DNA of 63,949 nucleotides, counting the filler, from Pelomyxa schiedti (lineage: Eukaryota; Protista; Evosea): NCBI GenBank assembly GCA_020536535.1. It is 5 parts of 5 records of this genome, joined end to end, with 100 filler letters (N's around TTAATTAATTAA, not from the genome) between each part and the next. Parts side by side here need not be neighbours in the genome. Positions count along the whole stretch, not along the records: positions 31,051 to 43,632 come from JAHLWZ010001212.1; positions 43,733 to 55,558 come from JAHLWZ010001232.1; 3 more parts are not named here. One strand, written 5' to 3'. The notes beneath the pieces were generated by a model that saw nothing but the letters and a program-made list of their open reading frames with translations, searched no databases and was not told the origin of the DNA. The translations under genes were made by a program, and so were the position numbers. Of this stretch, positions 33,450 to 46,700 are shown one piece after another (position 1 is the first letter of the stretch; every line of letters begins with the position of its first letter).

Positions 33450-36400
33450 GATCTTCCTGTTGCCTGCTTTTTTATTTTTTTTCGATTTTTTCCGCATAAA
33501 TTACGTTTCCCAATCAAAAAATTTGGGTGGTGCCCTCTGATGGTACCTTGACCACAAGGAAAAAATAAACTTTTTGCGAACAAGCCTTGTTCCTCTTTTG
33601 TCAACACAATTTGTACAATTGCTGGGTGAGTATTCACCTGGCTGGTCTCTTTGTCCAAATAATCTGATGCTCTGCATATACATATTTAAAGTGATTGGGG
33701 TGCTATCGAGCTATTCTGAAATACAGTGCTTTAGGAGACAGGGAAAAGGGAAAAGCCAAATACCTTGAGACAAGGCTTCCTCCACAACTCTCGGTGGTTC
33801 CTGTAGTTTGTTTTTTTGCAGTAAGTAAATCAAGTGGAAGTTTTTGTAATACTTGTGATGTTGGTTCTTCAGCACTACCCTGATTTCTGGAAACTGCTTG
33901 GCTTTGTGAGTTTGACAAGTAATTAAAATATTAAGAGTCAGTGAAATACATGCTCCCTCATGGTCCCCTTCCGCTTGGAGCCTAGAATCCTCTTCTTGAC
34001 TGAAGTGATGTTCTTGACTTTGATAAGAGTCTTCTTGCCGTTCATCTGAACACAGAGTAAAGTAAAAACACAATTTCAATGCAATTACCTGAATTGCTTT
34101 CTTCAGGGATATCCTCAGCACTAACGGATCCGGCTTGTGACACATTCACCTCTTGATCCACTGTGAAATTTGTAAGGTTTAAAATTGTACATGAAGAAGG
34201 AAAAACCAGATAAAAACTTGGATGAAGCACTGCCGGTTTGGGAACCCGGTCTTAAAGTTTGATTCAGCCGAGCTTTTATGTGCTTTAGTGATAAATGGAG
34301 TTGGCTGGAAATACTCACCACTGGGATGATCTCTGAAATCTTCAACGGCAATGGTGGCATTTGTGGGGGAATGAATCCCCTGTGTTGTGTTTCTACTATG
34401 ATGACGCGGGGCTTTTTGGTTGGGCTGAATCTGCTTACTTTGTTGGGCTGGAGCACTGGTTGCCAAAATTCCGTTTTTCGCTGGATATCTCTGAGTGAAT
34501 GCTGAATGTGACAGAGGAGAGCCTACAAATTTTGATTCAGCTGGATTGGCTGTGGTGGATTGCATATTGGGGAATAGTTGAGGTGACGTTTGCAAGACTG
34601 AAGAGGGTGATGGAAAAGATGCGAGTTTTCCTGGGGAAGGAATTGCACTCTGTAGCTGTGTACGAAGTTGAGAGCACCAGACCTTTGAGGTTTCAATGTC
34701 AGACAAAGATGCCTCCAACTGTGCCTGTTAGTTTGGAGTGTTAGTGTTCTTTCCTTAACCTTGGAAGAAGCTTACACTGATTTGTAGCTGCTCCATCCGG
34801 GTTCTAGCTAGAAGCTGTTCAGCATCTCGTAAGGACCTCCTTTTTTCTTCCAGAGAACCATTCAGGTGGCGTTGCTCTGATTTAAGTTTTCCTTCCTTTT
34901 GAGTTTCTTGTTCCAGAGCCTTTTTTGTGTGAGCAGAGAAAAGAACCTTTGCCGGAAATAACCTTATTCAGATGCTCCACAGATTCATTAAGCTGGGATA
35001 CAGAAGTACGAGCCTTTTGGAGCTGTTTACTCAGTTTATCAACATTTTCTTGAGTGCTACTTTGACTGGATTCAATTTTGTGCAATTCGGAGGTCAGTTT
35101 TGAGCACCGATTAGTTGCTGCTGTGAGGTTATGTTCTTTCTATAAAAAGTAAGACCTAAAGTGATGTCTGGAATACGAAACTTTACCTCCTTTGTTTCTT
35201 GCTCCAGAGACAAACACTCTGCTGTTATTGCCTGAATTTGAGTAGACAAGGAAGCTGTGGAGTCTTGAAGCAAGAGAGATTTGCCTTTAAGGTCTTTCAA
35301 TGATTCCTGGAGTTTAGCCTCCTGCAGAAGTCGTTTCCATATAGAATTAAATGTTTGAAGCTGAACCTCTGTGGATAGCTTGTCTATTTCCGCTTGGGCT
35401 TCTGCAATACTAGTATTGGTGGTATGAACCGAGTTATGTAGTTCTGACAGAGTTTGTTTTAAATGTTGTAGAGCCGTGGTGCCTTTTGTTTCAATTACAT
35501 GGAGCTGTTGAAGTTTCAATTCAATCCGCTCTTTTTCTTTGGTTATTCTAGTGCTGTTCCTTGTAAAAAATACATCGCTGGAAGGAAATGCACTCACCAG
35601 TTTTTATACAATATTCGCAGTTCGGACTTCAAATTGGCAATGTTGGTAAGTTGTTCTTTCATCTGACAATTTCCCTGACACATTTAAGTAGAAACGAAAA
35701 AAACCATAGCTCCCACACATTGTGAATTTCCTCTTTCAGTGAAGTAGCTTCACTTGACTGCTCTTCCTGTTGTCTCTGCAGATCCTTTTTTTTTTTTGGA
35801 TTAGTGTTGTGATGGCATTTGGAAGCATACGTTTATTTCAGATCGGAGCTTTTGCATTTCAAGTTCTAATTGGGTCAGATTTTTTTCGAGGGTTTCTTTT
35901 TTCTTAGTTTCCAGTTCCTTTGTATGTTGTTGCTACATGGTATTGGAAAAAGGAATTCCATGTGAAATGCACACAGTAATAAGGTCCTTTTTTAAATTGT
36001 ACACTTGCATACTTAGATTTTCAGTTTCACTACGCTGTTGCAAGTACTGCATCTGGATCTTTTTTTCCCGTTACTTTGTTTACAAGGATGTGGTCAGTGC
36101 AACCATTTGAACTTCCTGTGACACCAGGGGTGTGTCCTCCTGTCTCTTTCCTCCTTGGTTTCTGGTGCTTGTCAAGTCCACTTGGATTGTGGAAGATGAA
36201 GGTGGAGAGGAGGTGCCAGGACCCAATCTACCTCCAGATGTTGATAAAGGACCAGTTCCTGCTTTTACAGGCTCGGTTCCGGCCATAACATTTGCCACTG
36301 TTTTAGAAAGTCTGTGAAATTCCTCTTGGAGTTCTAAACGCATTTTTCTCTCCTGCAAATCTCAGATAAAGAAATGATGAGTTTCACATACTTGCTCAAG

Positions 36401-39400
36401 TTGTTGTTGGAGTGAAGAAACTTCCTTGCGTGCAAAGTCGTTTTCAGAAGCGACACTACGAGAGGGGGCTTTCTGAGAATGAATGTTCAGGTCAATGCTT
36501 CGTGTCTGGTCCGGTTGATGAGAGTGTAATGGTGGTGAAGGAGATGACGCATATTGAGCTTCTTCACTGTCAGCGTAATGAACAACAGGTGCACGCCTTT
36601 CAGAATGATATAAATTTGAGGCTGTCCTCTCACTTCGTTCTCTTCGGTTGTGATGCACATGTTTCACTGAACCACTTCTTCTGTGAGGATGACTTGATTG
36701 AGTGGGCTGTGTTTTTTGTAATTGGAGTTGCTTTTGTAATAGTTGCAATTGTTCCTGGAGTTGCTGCTGCTGTTGTTGTATCTGTTGTTGAAAGTTGTTT
36801 TGAATTGGCTGCTGATAACTGTTCAGTTCATTGTGCTGTTGCACCGGTTGTACAATTTGATCATGTGGAGCATATTGCAAGTTGTCTTGTACTTCTTCAT
36901 TGATATTCTGTGCCCGGTGCGCACCAAGGTAATATGGATGCCTTCTGTCTGAAGTACCTGCATCATCTTCATCACCTGAAAAAACTGGGTTTGCTGTATC
37001 CAGTTCCGCTATTGGCACAACTTGCACATCTCCAGAAGAGCTGCCCTCCTGTTCTGCTTTCATCCTCTTGGAATTGTGGGTACTTTCGGGTGCATCATTG
37101 TTAGAATCTGAGTCACTGTAGGGTCCTCCAGGAGCTGGTTCAGTACGGATATTATTTGGAGTTCCTGTGAATTGAATCTCCTTGCATCCAAGGCTGGGAG
37201 CATCGTTTAGATTATTGGAAATCATATTGGCTCCATCAGTTGTGCTTTCAGAAGGATCGCACACTCCTTGTGACCTTGACGCAACTGTGTCCAAGGCAAT
37301 GTTCTGTCCTTCCTGTGGAAATGGTCTTCCATTTGCACTTCTATCTTCTGGAGGTTGGTTAGCCCGTGAACCTAACAGATTCGTACTGGAATTTGATCTG
37401 CGAGCCAAAGGGTAACCAGTCTATCTTAGCATTAGAGACGTTTTGTAGGTTCATGATAACTGGAGTGACTGGAGACTGTGGCTTGGCAGAAATAAGCATT
37501 GTGTGTCCCAATCGTTGCTTCATCCTCTGAATTTGTGTGGAAGAGGCCTCACTTGGTGCAAGTTCATTTCCTGGAGAGAAGATTATCAGTGAACATAAAC
37601 GTAACAGGAAACTAAATGGGGTTGCTTCATACTTGTAACTATAGCTACATTAAATGAGTCTCCACACGATATTGCCGCTACTTTGTATGTTTGAAGTGAT
37701 GTTACAGGGGCTGGGTCAACCATTGGTGAAACTGAGAACAATTTTTTTAAAAGCTACTCAATAAAGACAATGAATACCAGAGTGCAAGCTATCGTGAAGT
37801 TGCTGAGGCATTCCATGAGCCAGACAACCATGCGAGGATAGGCCCCACGTCAGTAAAACACCCTTACGTGTTATAGCTGCAAAGTGAAATCTCCCTGCAG
37901 ATATCTAAGATATGAGATGTGTAATGTTGTTGGGAGGTGACAAGTGAAGTTGACCTGGATAACATCTTGCTGGTTGATTACTTTGATGAAAATATTTTCC
38001 CCAGAAGTCCACTGAAGTACATCTCCAGTTTCTATTGAGATTTAGCTGAATAGCCTCACAAAGGTGGGCCTCATTAACCTGTAAGAGCGATGCAATCTTT
38101 AGCACCACAAACGGCTTGCTTTATCACTCCACCTAAAAATGACACTTCTGTTGGCATAGTCAGTTTTTGCTTCTTGGTAACTCCCTGGGGTGATTGGTTA
38201 TCACTAATTTCTAGAATACGAGTTATACCCATGAAAGTAGTTTCCCTGGTTCCTCTTGTAGAAAACATCACTAGTTAGCCTTCTTTAATGGGCTTTTTAT
38301 ACCTATAGCGAATGCAGAGGCTTCCCCACATGTAATTGTTGAAATACTCAGGCCTTCCAAAGGGGGTATTTTCTTGGGGTGGTTTTTGTAAATAACAGTC
38401 TCAAATAAACAGTGGGTGCTACTGTTGGATGCTGAACGCAGGACAAGTGGCCATGCCCATGGAATGCACCAGTTCCCCATCCCCAACTGTAAACAGAAGT
38501 ATCTTTTTCTAAGGGAGTATTAATTAACATTGATATTTGGAGCAAGTTAAGAGGAAGCTTTCTATTACTTGAAATGGCATAGGGACAGTAGTAGCCAGCA
38601 CATATTTTATCAGCAAAGAGCTGTTGGCCATCCTCACATTGTGCAGGAATTGGAGAGAATGATTGCATGGAAGGATCAGGGCCAAGAGTGCCCCACCACA
38701 TTACAGATCGACTCTCTGGTCAAGTGGGTTAGAAGGGGGGTGGGTGTTGATTAATTTGGCCAACCAGTCAACAAAATTGAGTAATGATTGCCACATTCGA
38801 CAGAAATCACTCTGGGTGCTCCAGATATGTTCAATTTCTGTGGAACATGGCAACAGACAACCTTTCCCAAACCCAGTTGTCCTGCTTTTCCAGTTCCCCA
38901 CACATACACATCCCCTTCCTCTGAGAAATAGTAAAAAAAAAAATCAAAGGGTATTCCCACTACTTTAAACTTATTCATTCACTTCACCCACTTTATCCTC
39001 TCACTTGAATTCCTCCCACAATGAGCCCCTTCCCCCACACAAAATGAAAAAAAAAAAAAAAAAAAAAAAGCTGGAGCAGAAACGCACTAGACAAAGCGGC
39101 GGCATTGAGGCCCCCCGCGGACACCCACGCCACCTCCTCGTCCCTGAGCGCGGGCACCGGTCTGGGATGATGGGAGTCCGCACTACACGCCGCGCTGCGC
39201 CCCATTCCCAGAGCTCCCCCCGCGCCGTTCCCCCACGTCACCACCATCGCGAGCGTGGCTGCAGTTGCATTTGCGGTTACTGTTGATGATGCTGATGCTG
39301 CAGTGGGTGCAGTGGCGGGTCGTCGTTGTGATTGTGTTTGTTGTTGTTGTTGGTTTGGGTGGAACAACTGGGTGGAAGGAGTGGTGGCGCGAGTGCCGTT

Positions 39401-39430
39401 GTTGTTGGAGAGTTCTCGCCGTGGCTTCAT
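33450..39430 (-). CDS. RCC1-repeat protein with long low-complexity and coiled-coil C-terminal part, multi-exon (3' end approximate)
   Basis: ATG 39430 MKPRREL; VVTWGNGAGGALG..WVSAGG; GDVYVWGTGKAGQLGLG..VECGNHYS; VYSWGWG; QAVCGAKD; heptad-rich exons at 34700-36400. Confidence 0.78.
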
Positions 39431-39557
39431 TATGCAGCCGAAATCCAGGAGGTTGTTGTTTCCGCGTATTGCTTTAGTGTAAAACCGTCGATAAAGCAAA
39501 AAAAAAGTGTCATTGTGCGCCAAGGCCTTGGAATTGTGTTTATTTTTTGTGGCTTGT

Positions 39558-40985
39558 TCAATGATTGGTTGGTCGGAACATGCTGTGCGCCTTGAATTGG
39601 AGGTTAGGGAGGTTTTGTGAGTGAAGAGTGATACTATGCTTAGCATGAGAGGGCCAATTGTTGGGTCTTCCAAAAAGCGGTTTATTTGTGAGGGATCCAT
39701 GAGGAGGGTCTGGAACACTTTTTGATTGTTGTGGTTTGTTTACGAGTCTGTTCCAAGGAGACCAAAGACATACCTTCTTGCAATCTGGGATCAGCTAATG
39801 CGGCGCGAACAAGAGGATTATTAGAGGCCATTTGCATGGCTTGCTCCATCATTCCTGGAGGTAATAATCCCTGCCGTAGTTGTCAGTACAGAAATAAAAA
39901 AAAAAAAAAAGGAAAAGTAACTTGAATAGGAACCGAGTCAGGGTCGCCAAGGAGATAATTGCATGCGGCTTCATAATTGTTATGAGTTGCAACCAAGGCC
40001 TCCCGGGCTTGAGCATCAGTAAATCCCATCTCTTCAAGACGTTTGATCAACTTTGTTTGAGGGAAACATTAGGTAACCAAAATAATATTGTTGGTAACAT
40101 ACGGCTGGATCAGGTGTCGCTGGGCGGGGAGCAGAAGGCGCGGACATGACTTGTGGTGGCAGAGGCTCGTCAAGAGTGGGATCGTCAATATGATCAATAA
40201 GCCAATTCATCGCTCGCTCTACATTCATCCTAGAGTGAGAAGTCAACACCACTTCCACCAATGAAATTTACCTGTTGACAGCCAAGGCTCTCTTCGCTCG
40301 ATTTTCGCTAAATCCCATGTCAGTTAATTGTGTAACAAGTGCAGGATCAAAAGTGATCTGAACAGGAGCTGCACGTGAAGGTGCTGGACCTTGAGGAGCA
40401 GGTCCCTGCAAGAAAACTTAGAGGCCTCTCTTCATTCAAATTGTGTATTACTGTTCTTGACAATAGGTCGAAAAAGCCACCTCTGCTTGGTGATGGTGGA
40501 AGTGGTTTTGGTGCGTCTGTCATGCCAGGTGGAACAACAAGTTCAGGAGAAGCAGGCGGTGAGGGGAGGGGTCTGGAAGACTTGTTTGTTGTCAAGCCTA
40601 TATATTATAATTGCATACCTATCCACAAGAGCAACAATTGTGTCTGTGGGCAAGATTAAACGAAAAACAAGGGTGACAAGTTGTACATAGGAAAAACCAA
40701 GACGAAGTGGGGACAAACCGTTCTCGTAGACTCCTTGTTTATCTACAGGTACGTCTCGAACAAGCACGTTTCCTTTAAAGACTATACGTACATTCTATAC
40801 TCAGTAAAAAGGGTGCCCAGTGCACATATGAAAGGAGAGGGAAAAAAAAAACTACCCACATCGATACTGGCCGGCGGACCAAGCAGTGCTACAACTGAAG
40901 CCAACAAGGACGCATACGACGCGGCCTCGTCACTCGTTGCATACTTCACACCCTCGGCGTTGGGAGATCTCACCTGCACAATCAT
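39558..40985 (-). CDS. UBAC1: UBAC1/KPC2-like protein (UBL-UBA-UBA-STI1), multi-exon
   Basis: VFKGNVLVRD (UBL-like); LTDMGFSENRAKRAL..NVERAMNWL; EEMGFTDAQAREAL; NPLVRAALADP..MDPSQINRFLEDPTIGPLML; last intron 39591-39634. Confidence 0.75.
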
Positions 40986-41270
40986 GCCCCTTTATTCCGT
41001 TTTTTTGTGATGATTTAATCAACCCAATTTGACATCCCAGCGCGCAGGGGAGTAACGCCAACAAAACACAAAAAAGAAGTTGTCGAAAGAGTCTCAAGCT
41101 GTAGGTCGCTCGAAACAGAGTCCGTCTCAGACAGTGATATTCGGTAAAAGTGTAACTTTGGGCTTTTCCTTTTGGGTAAAGGGGAATAACACTAATCACA
41201 GCTTACAAAAAGGAAAGGCGTGAAGATCAAATCGATCCGTTCTTTTTGTTGTGCCTCCAGGAGGACACAC

Positions 41271-43423
41271 ATGGTGTTTAAAATCAAACAAAACAAAAAA
41301 CCCTAAAATTTATTAAATGCACACAATAATCCACAATAAATAAACATCCCCACTCTACAAACAGTTTCTCCTAGGAGGAACTTAATGCTATAGAAGAACG
41401 TCAGTATGCTCTTGCAGGGGATACAGCACCAACGAAGTAATATATTTGTTTTCTTGTGGTTGTGTTAATTTATTAGTCCATTTCGACCTTGGAGTATGGA
41501 AGAGCATTTGACATTTCTTGATGCAATTTATTCTCTGGATGGATATGACCTGCATGGTGTCGCGTCGAGGCTACCTAATCGTTCTTTAGGTGAAGTGTTA
41601 ATTCACACACAGGTATGTGGTTGTTTATTTACTTGGTTGACACAATCAAAACACAACTTAGGTTTTTTCTGCATTGTCTTTAATGGTAGTTGCAGAAAAA
41701 CCTGAGGCAATGAGGGGGCAACTTCCTGTTGACATTCAACTTGTTCTTTCATCAGCCTCAACCCCAGTGCAACCACCAGTAGAGCCTCACAATGTTATTT
41801 TGCTTCCTCAGGTTTGTGTAAAGCCTCTATCTATTATATGTTAATAAAGAAGTCACAGAAACTAAGAGAATCACACACCCCCAAGTTTCAACAGCCACTA
41901 TGGACAGAGCAAGATCAAAAGCAACTGAAAGAAGCTTTAGAAAAGTATCTCTAATGTTGGTGCTCTTTTAATGAGGTTCACAGGTTTCCGCCATCACAGC
42001 AGTATGATGAAGCAACAAGGTATATTAAAATTACTGCCCTTCTGAAGAACAAAAGTGTGCAGCAGGTTTCCCAAAAGATTCGAATGCTAGAGGTTAGTTA
42101 CAATGCATTACTCTCGTTTTTTATTGTTAGGATAGGGACAGAACATTACACCAGTCCACGCACCAGCCCAAAAAAGGCCAGTGGAACGAATAGTGTTTCC
42201 CTCAGCACCAAACCCTGGAATGGAGGTAAGTTCGAAAAATTTAACCCCTCCTCAAATGAATATACTTACACCAGTTTGCCAAAATACACGCCGAGCTTAT
42301 GTCAAACATTGTGTCACTTGTTTCATCGCCAAACAATGAAAGCATCAACTCCACAAGCACCGGCACAATTGCAACTGCAACGGCAAGTACAACCACAACC
42401 ACAACCACAAGCGCAACAGCTCCCAATTCAGAACCCCCGAGCGCAACGGAAAACACCGCCGGCGCGGCGGCCACAAGCTCACCTTCAATTATGGGATCAG
42501 CAGCAGCAGCAGCAACGAGATCGTCCAGCAGCGCCGGTTGTTGGTCGCCATCGCCGCCGCCGCCGAAAAATGCAGAAGAAAGCCCAGTACTCCGACCGCT
42601 TCTGGATCGGCAAGAAGAAGAGGCCGAGGCGGTGGAGCCCTTGCCCTTGCTCCACGAGAACCAACAGCAGGAGGCGAGTAATATGGAGGCGCGGGAATCT
42701 GTAGCGGGGAGCACGAGCGCGAGCGCGAGTTCGGCCACGAGCCCGGGCCAAGCGAGGATGCAACTGGCGGAAAATAAGTGTTTCTCAGAGCTGGAAAAAA
42801 ATTGCCAGCAGGCCGTGGAAGAAAACTGGCAGATCGTCAAGTCTTTCTCTGGAAATCTCCGCATCGATCAGAGCCAGGCCCAACAGTTTGGCAAGAACAT
42901 AGACAACGTGGTACAATGGTGTGTTCATGTTCTTCTATCCCAACGAAAATGCACTAAAAAGCAACAATGAAATCAACCATCAGTAACCAATAAAACGAAC
43001 CCAAAGAAACCAAGCCAAACAAATGCACTGACACTTCACAGGACAGCGATAATGGCTGGGAATAATGCTCTTCCAGAGTGGACATTCGCACCAGATACTG
43101 CAGTTACTTCCGCAGAACCCGCCAAAGAACCCCCAACCACAAACAAGTCTTCCCCACCGCAATCGCAATCATGCGAATTACAATCGCAAAAACCCTCTCC
43201 AACAACAACCTTGATAACAACAACAGCAGCCTCAACAATGCCATCAAACCCCACAACAGGAAGCTCCCTCTCAATCACTACTACATCGTCGGCATTGTCT
43301 GCCAATGATCTCGAATCCACGCATACTCCGGAATCCTATAATGACTCCACTGGCGCCGCCGCGGAAGTACCTGGCACAAACCACGATGCTGTGCCCGGCA
43401 CTCCAAAAGAACCAAAGGAATAA
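41271..43423 (+). CDS. Myb/SANT-domain protein with Ser/Thr-rich C-terminal region, multi-exon (boundaries approximate)
   Basis: PWSMEEHLTFLDAI..LPNRSLGEVLIHTQ (SHAQKYF-class-like repeat); second repeat LWTEQDQKQLKEALEK|FP. Confidence 0.68.
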
Positions 43424-43632
43424 TCAGAGGAACCCGAAAAATAAATTGCAATTTTTTCCGGCTTGTTTTTCAAGCCGGAAAAAAAAAAATCCAACAACAA
43501 GAATTTTGTTCTTTTTTTTGTACATAATGAAGTCCTCCTCAAGAGAGGTCCTTTAGGGTTCTTTCAGGGGAGGATGACACTGTTGGTCTGCGGTGTTTGT
43601 GCCGGTTGTAGTGAGGTTCATTGTTGTTACTG

Positions 43633-43732
43633 NNNNNNNNNNNNNNNNNNNNNNNNNNNNNNNNNNNNNNNNNNNNTTAATTAATTAANNNNNNNNNNNN
43701 NNNNNNNNNNNNNNNNNNNNNNNNNNNNNNNN
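43633..43732. other. Artificial contig linker
   Basis: N44-TTAATTAATTAA-N44. Confidence 0.97.
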
Positions 43733-46700
43733 CCACGAGTTGGTCGCATGCCCGAAGGATGTGCTCTGGTGCCGCAAGTGTGCACTGCGACGCAAACGGC
43801 CTTGGTCGTCTTTGCTGTGGTTGTCGGTTGCCCTCTGCCATCGTTTGATTTGTGGTGGAACTTCTGAGGGTGTCCTCCAGCGTTGCAGTCCAAACTGCGT
43901 TTTATTGGTTATAACCATAAACCAAAAGGAAAAAGAAACAGTTACATGCTCAAAGTTGTTGAGAAGCCACTCATGTGCACGCCTCACGGCATACATCCAA
44001 AGTTTCTGTTGGACCATGCACAGTGTGCAAATGCTGCACCAAGGGACAGGGCCAGCCCCTCTGTTCTCATCTGCAGTCCAAGTTGTGAGAGTCGTTTGTT
44101 CATATCGGGTGCTGGGGTGGGGCACTGGCACTTCACATGTTTGCACATCTCCACCAGATTGTCAACATCTATCTTGATTTGAATACTGCAAGCCCTCAGG
44201 TCACCAAGTGGGATTGTGAATACTGAACACGTGTTACATATACAAGGAAAAGTAGGATGAGCACAACCTTTTAATTTGCTGAGAGGCAAACCGGGTTTCG
44301 CTGTTTGAATTACAGTAGGAGATCCACCAATTGGGAATTTATCGTGGTTCTCTCTGACTGAAAATTTAATTGGGGTACCCCCAACTGGCAACTCAAGGTT
44401 GGGCCTTCCCGTCGTTTCCAAAGTAGCCTCGTCATGCACAGAAACATGAATATTGCACTTCCCCACACCAACTTCCCAGGTGTATGTTCCAACCTGGTTT
44501 TTGGGTTTAATTCTGAACTTGAGAGCCGTGAGTTCCTACCAAATATGGGTCATCATGTCCTTGGGGAACTTCCGCCAAAGGCTGGTTAAACTTACTTCCG
44601 ATTTGGGAGTTTTTGATTTGGGAGTCGTATATAATACTAACTTGAACGCGAAGATCTGTGTGATGGGAAGACATGAATTCCCAGCGAGTAAAGGGGGTTT
44701 GCACACCATTGGTGAACAAAGTACTGCTCCTCTTCACAGTGGAAAACAATTGTGGACTCCTTGAACGAACTTGCAGGTGTGCCTTTTTTCCAGGAAACAA
44801 GGGAATAAGAACATCTGAATCCATATCACATCCCACATACAAGCCTGGAGTAAAGTGAGATATGCGAATTCTCAGGACGCATACTTGTTGCCAATAAATT
44901 GAGGCACATCTCTTTGAACTTGGGAAATGTAGTCATGTACTCTTCAGTCCCAGTAATGAGCTTGCTAATGCTCTCGATATCATCTGGGGCACAGTCAAAG
45001 GAAAGTGGTGGATTGAGTCGGAAATAGGGGTTCTTCATTTGCTCTTCTACACTGGTGTGCACAGGTTCGGGGTCTGGCACTCCTAAAAATCCTTAAGAAA
45101 CAAAAAAAAAGCGGCACACAGACCAGTAAAGACATCCAATGCACCTCGTTGTTGTGAGCCAGTTCCAAGGGAAACAAGAATTCCTTGTGGAACGTTCCAA
45201 ATTGCTTCATGGCGACCTCAGCTTCCTGTTAGTCAGGATTCTGCAAACGAATACCATACCGGGGATGGGTTTACGATTATGTCTGAACCGTCATAGTACC
45301 TTTCGCTGTCTTGTGTTTCGTTAATGGAAGGCGTGCTACTGGAATGGGCTGTCCCAATTGTGACGGGATCAAAGTAATAATACGTGGCCGATGTTGCTGC
45401 AGCGGCCTTCCACATTAATGCAGCGTTACGATATGGTGTAGCAATCCCCGAGTGGTTCGAGATGCGGTAATTGCTGAAGAGAACAGGATGGCTCCACTGT
45501 TCAGGTCTGGCGATTGAAAAGACCTGTTTCACTCTCAGGTTGGCAGACTTAGGATTTATAAAAGAAACCTTGCAACCATCAGGACGATTTTCATGCATCC
45601 AAGTGTTGCCAAACATTTTCTGCAATGCTGTGTCCAGTCCACTTCGATCATAATAGTTTTCAAAGTACATGGTGATCGCTTTCAGCGCTTTGTAGGACAT
45701 CGGTAAAGTCCTGGATAGTCAACGGTGTAAAACTTCATCAATCCCGCAATGTCAACGATGTCGGAACCAAGAGCAAATGCTGTGATTCCACCGGTTCCAA
45801 CACCTCCCACCAAGTCAAACAGCTGTGACAGTTTCTGTTTGTTTGTGGGGAGTGTTGGATAACAGCAACTTCGAAAAGAGAGAACGAACAACTACGAACC
45901 GTGAGGTTCATCTGTTGCATGATGTGTCGCGGCATCACAACTTGAACAATGCCACGAACGCCTCCTCCGCCATCGAGTGAAAGCACCCTTGGTGGTGCTC
46001 TTGCTGGGAGCTTGTCTTCGCTCCCAGCTTGGGTGTTTGCGAAACTGTCAGAAACACACTCCAAATGGGGGGAGAGGCTAAACCTGTCACAGAGACTGGG
46101 ATTTTGCAAACAGGGCACATAACTTCATTGTGATTTTTTCTGGGTAGTCGTTCAACACACGAACTGCAAACCCAGGTGTGTCTCTCAGAACACTGGAGCA
46201 CAGGCGAGAGTGGTTCGTGAAGGCACAACAAGCACCTTTCTGGTTTGACAAACTTGGACTGAAATAGCTCCAATGCCAGCGTATGACAGTGTGAAATTGT
46301 ATCTTCCTTTGGGATCTATGTTCAGGTAAGTACAATTTGGGTGTCAGTAGTACTTGGCAGACCTGAATGTATGTTTTCATCCTGGCAATAATGGCCGTGG
46401 AGAGGTCAAAATCCTGCTCGGCACACACAAATTTACCAGCTTGGTTCCTCACATTGGTTCCCAAGAGACTCGTGTAGATCATGCGATGACTTGCCTGGTG
46501 GTTCGCGAGTGTATGAATGCACACCCCGTTATTGGTGTGGTATTCGCAAGGTTGGTACATGGAAAGTATTTGCGTCAGTTTACATGCAAAGGAGTCATGT
46601 ATCACTGTTTGGGCGGCGGGATTATCTAACTTGAATAAAGTTGGATAAGAAAGAGATAATGCAATAAGGATACATCAGTTGGAGTGGTGATATTCAACTC

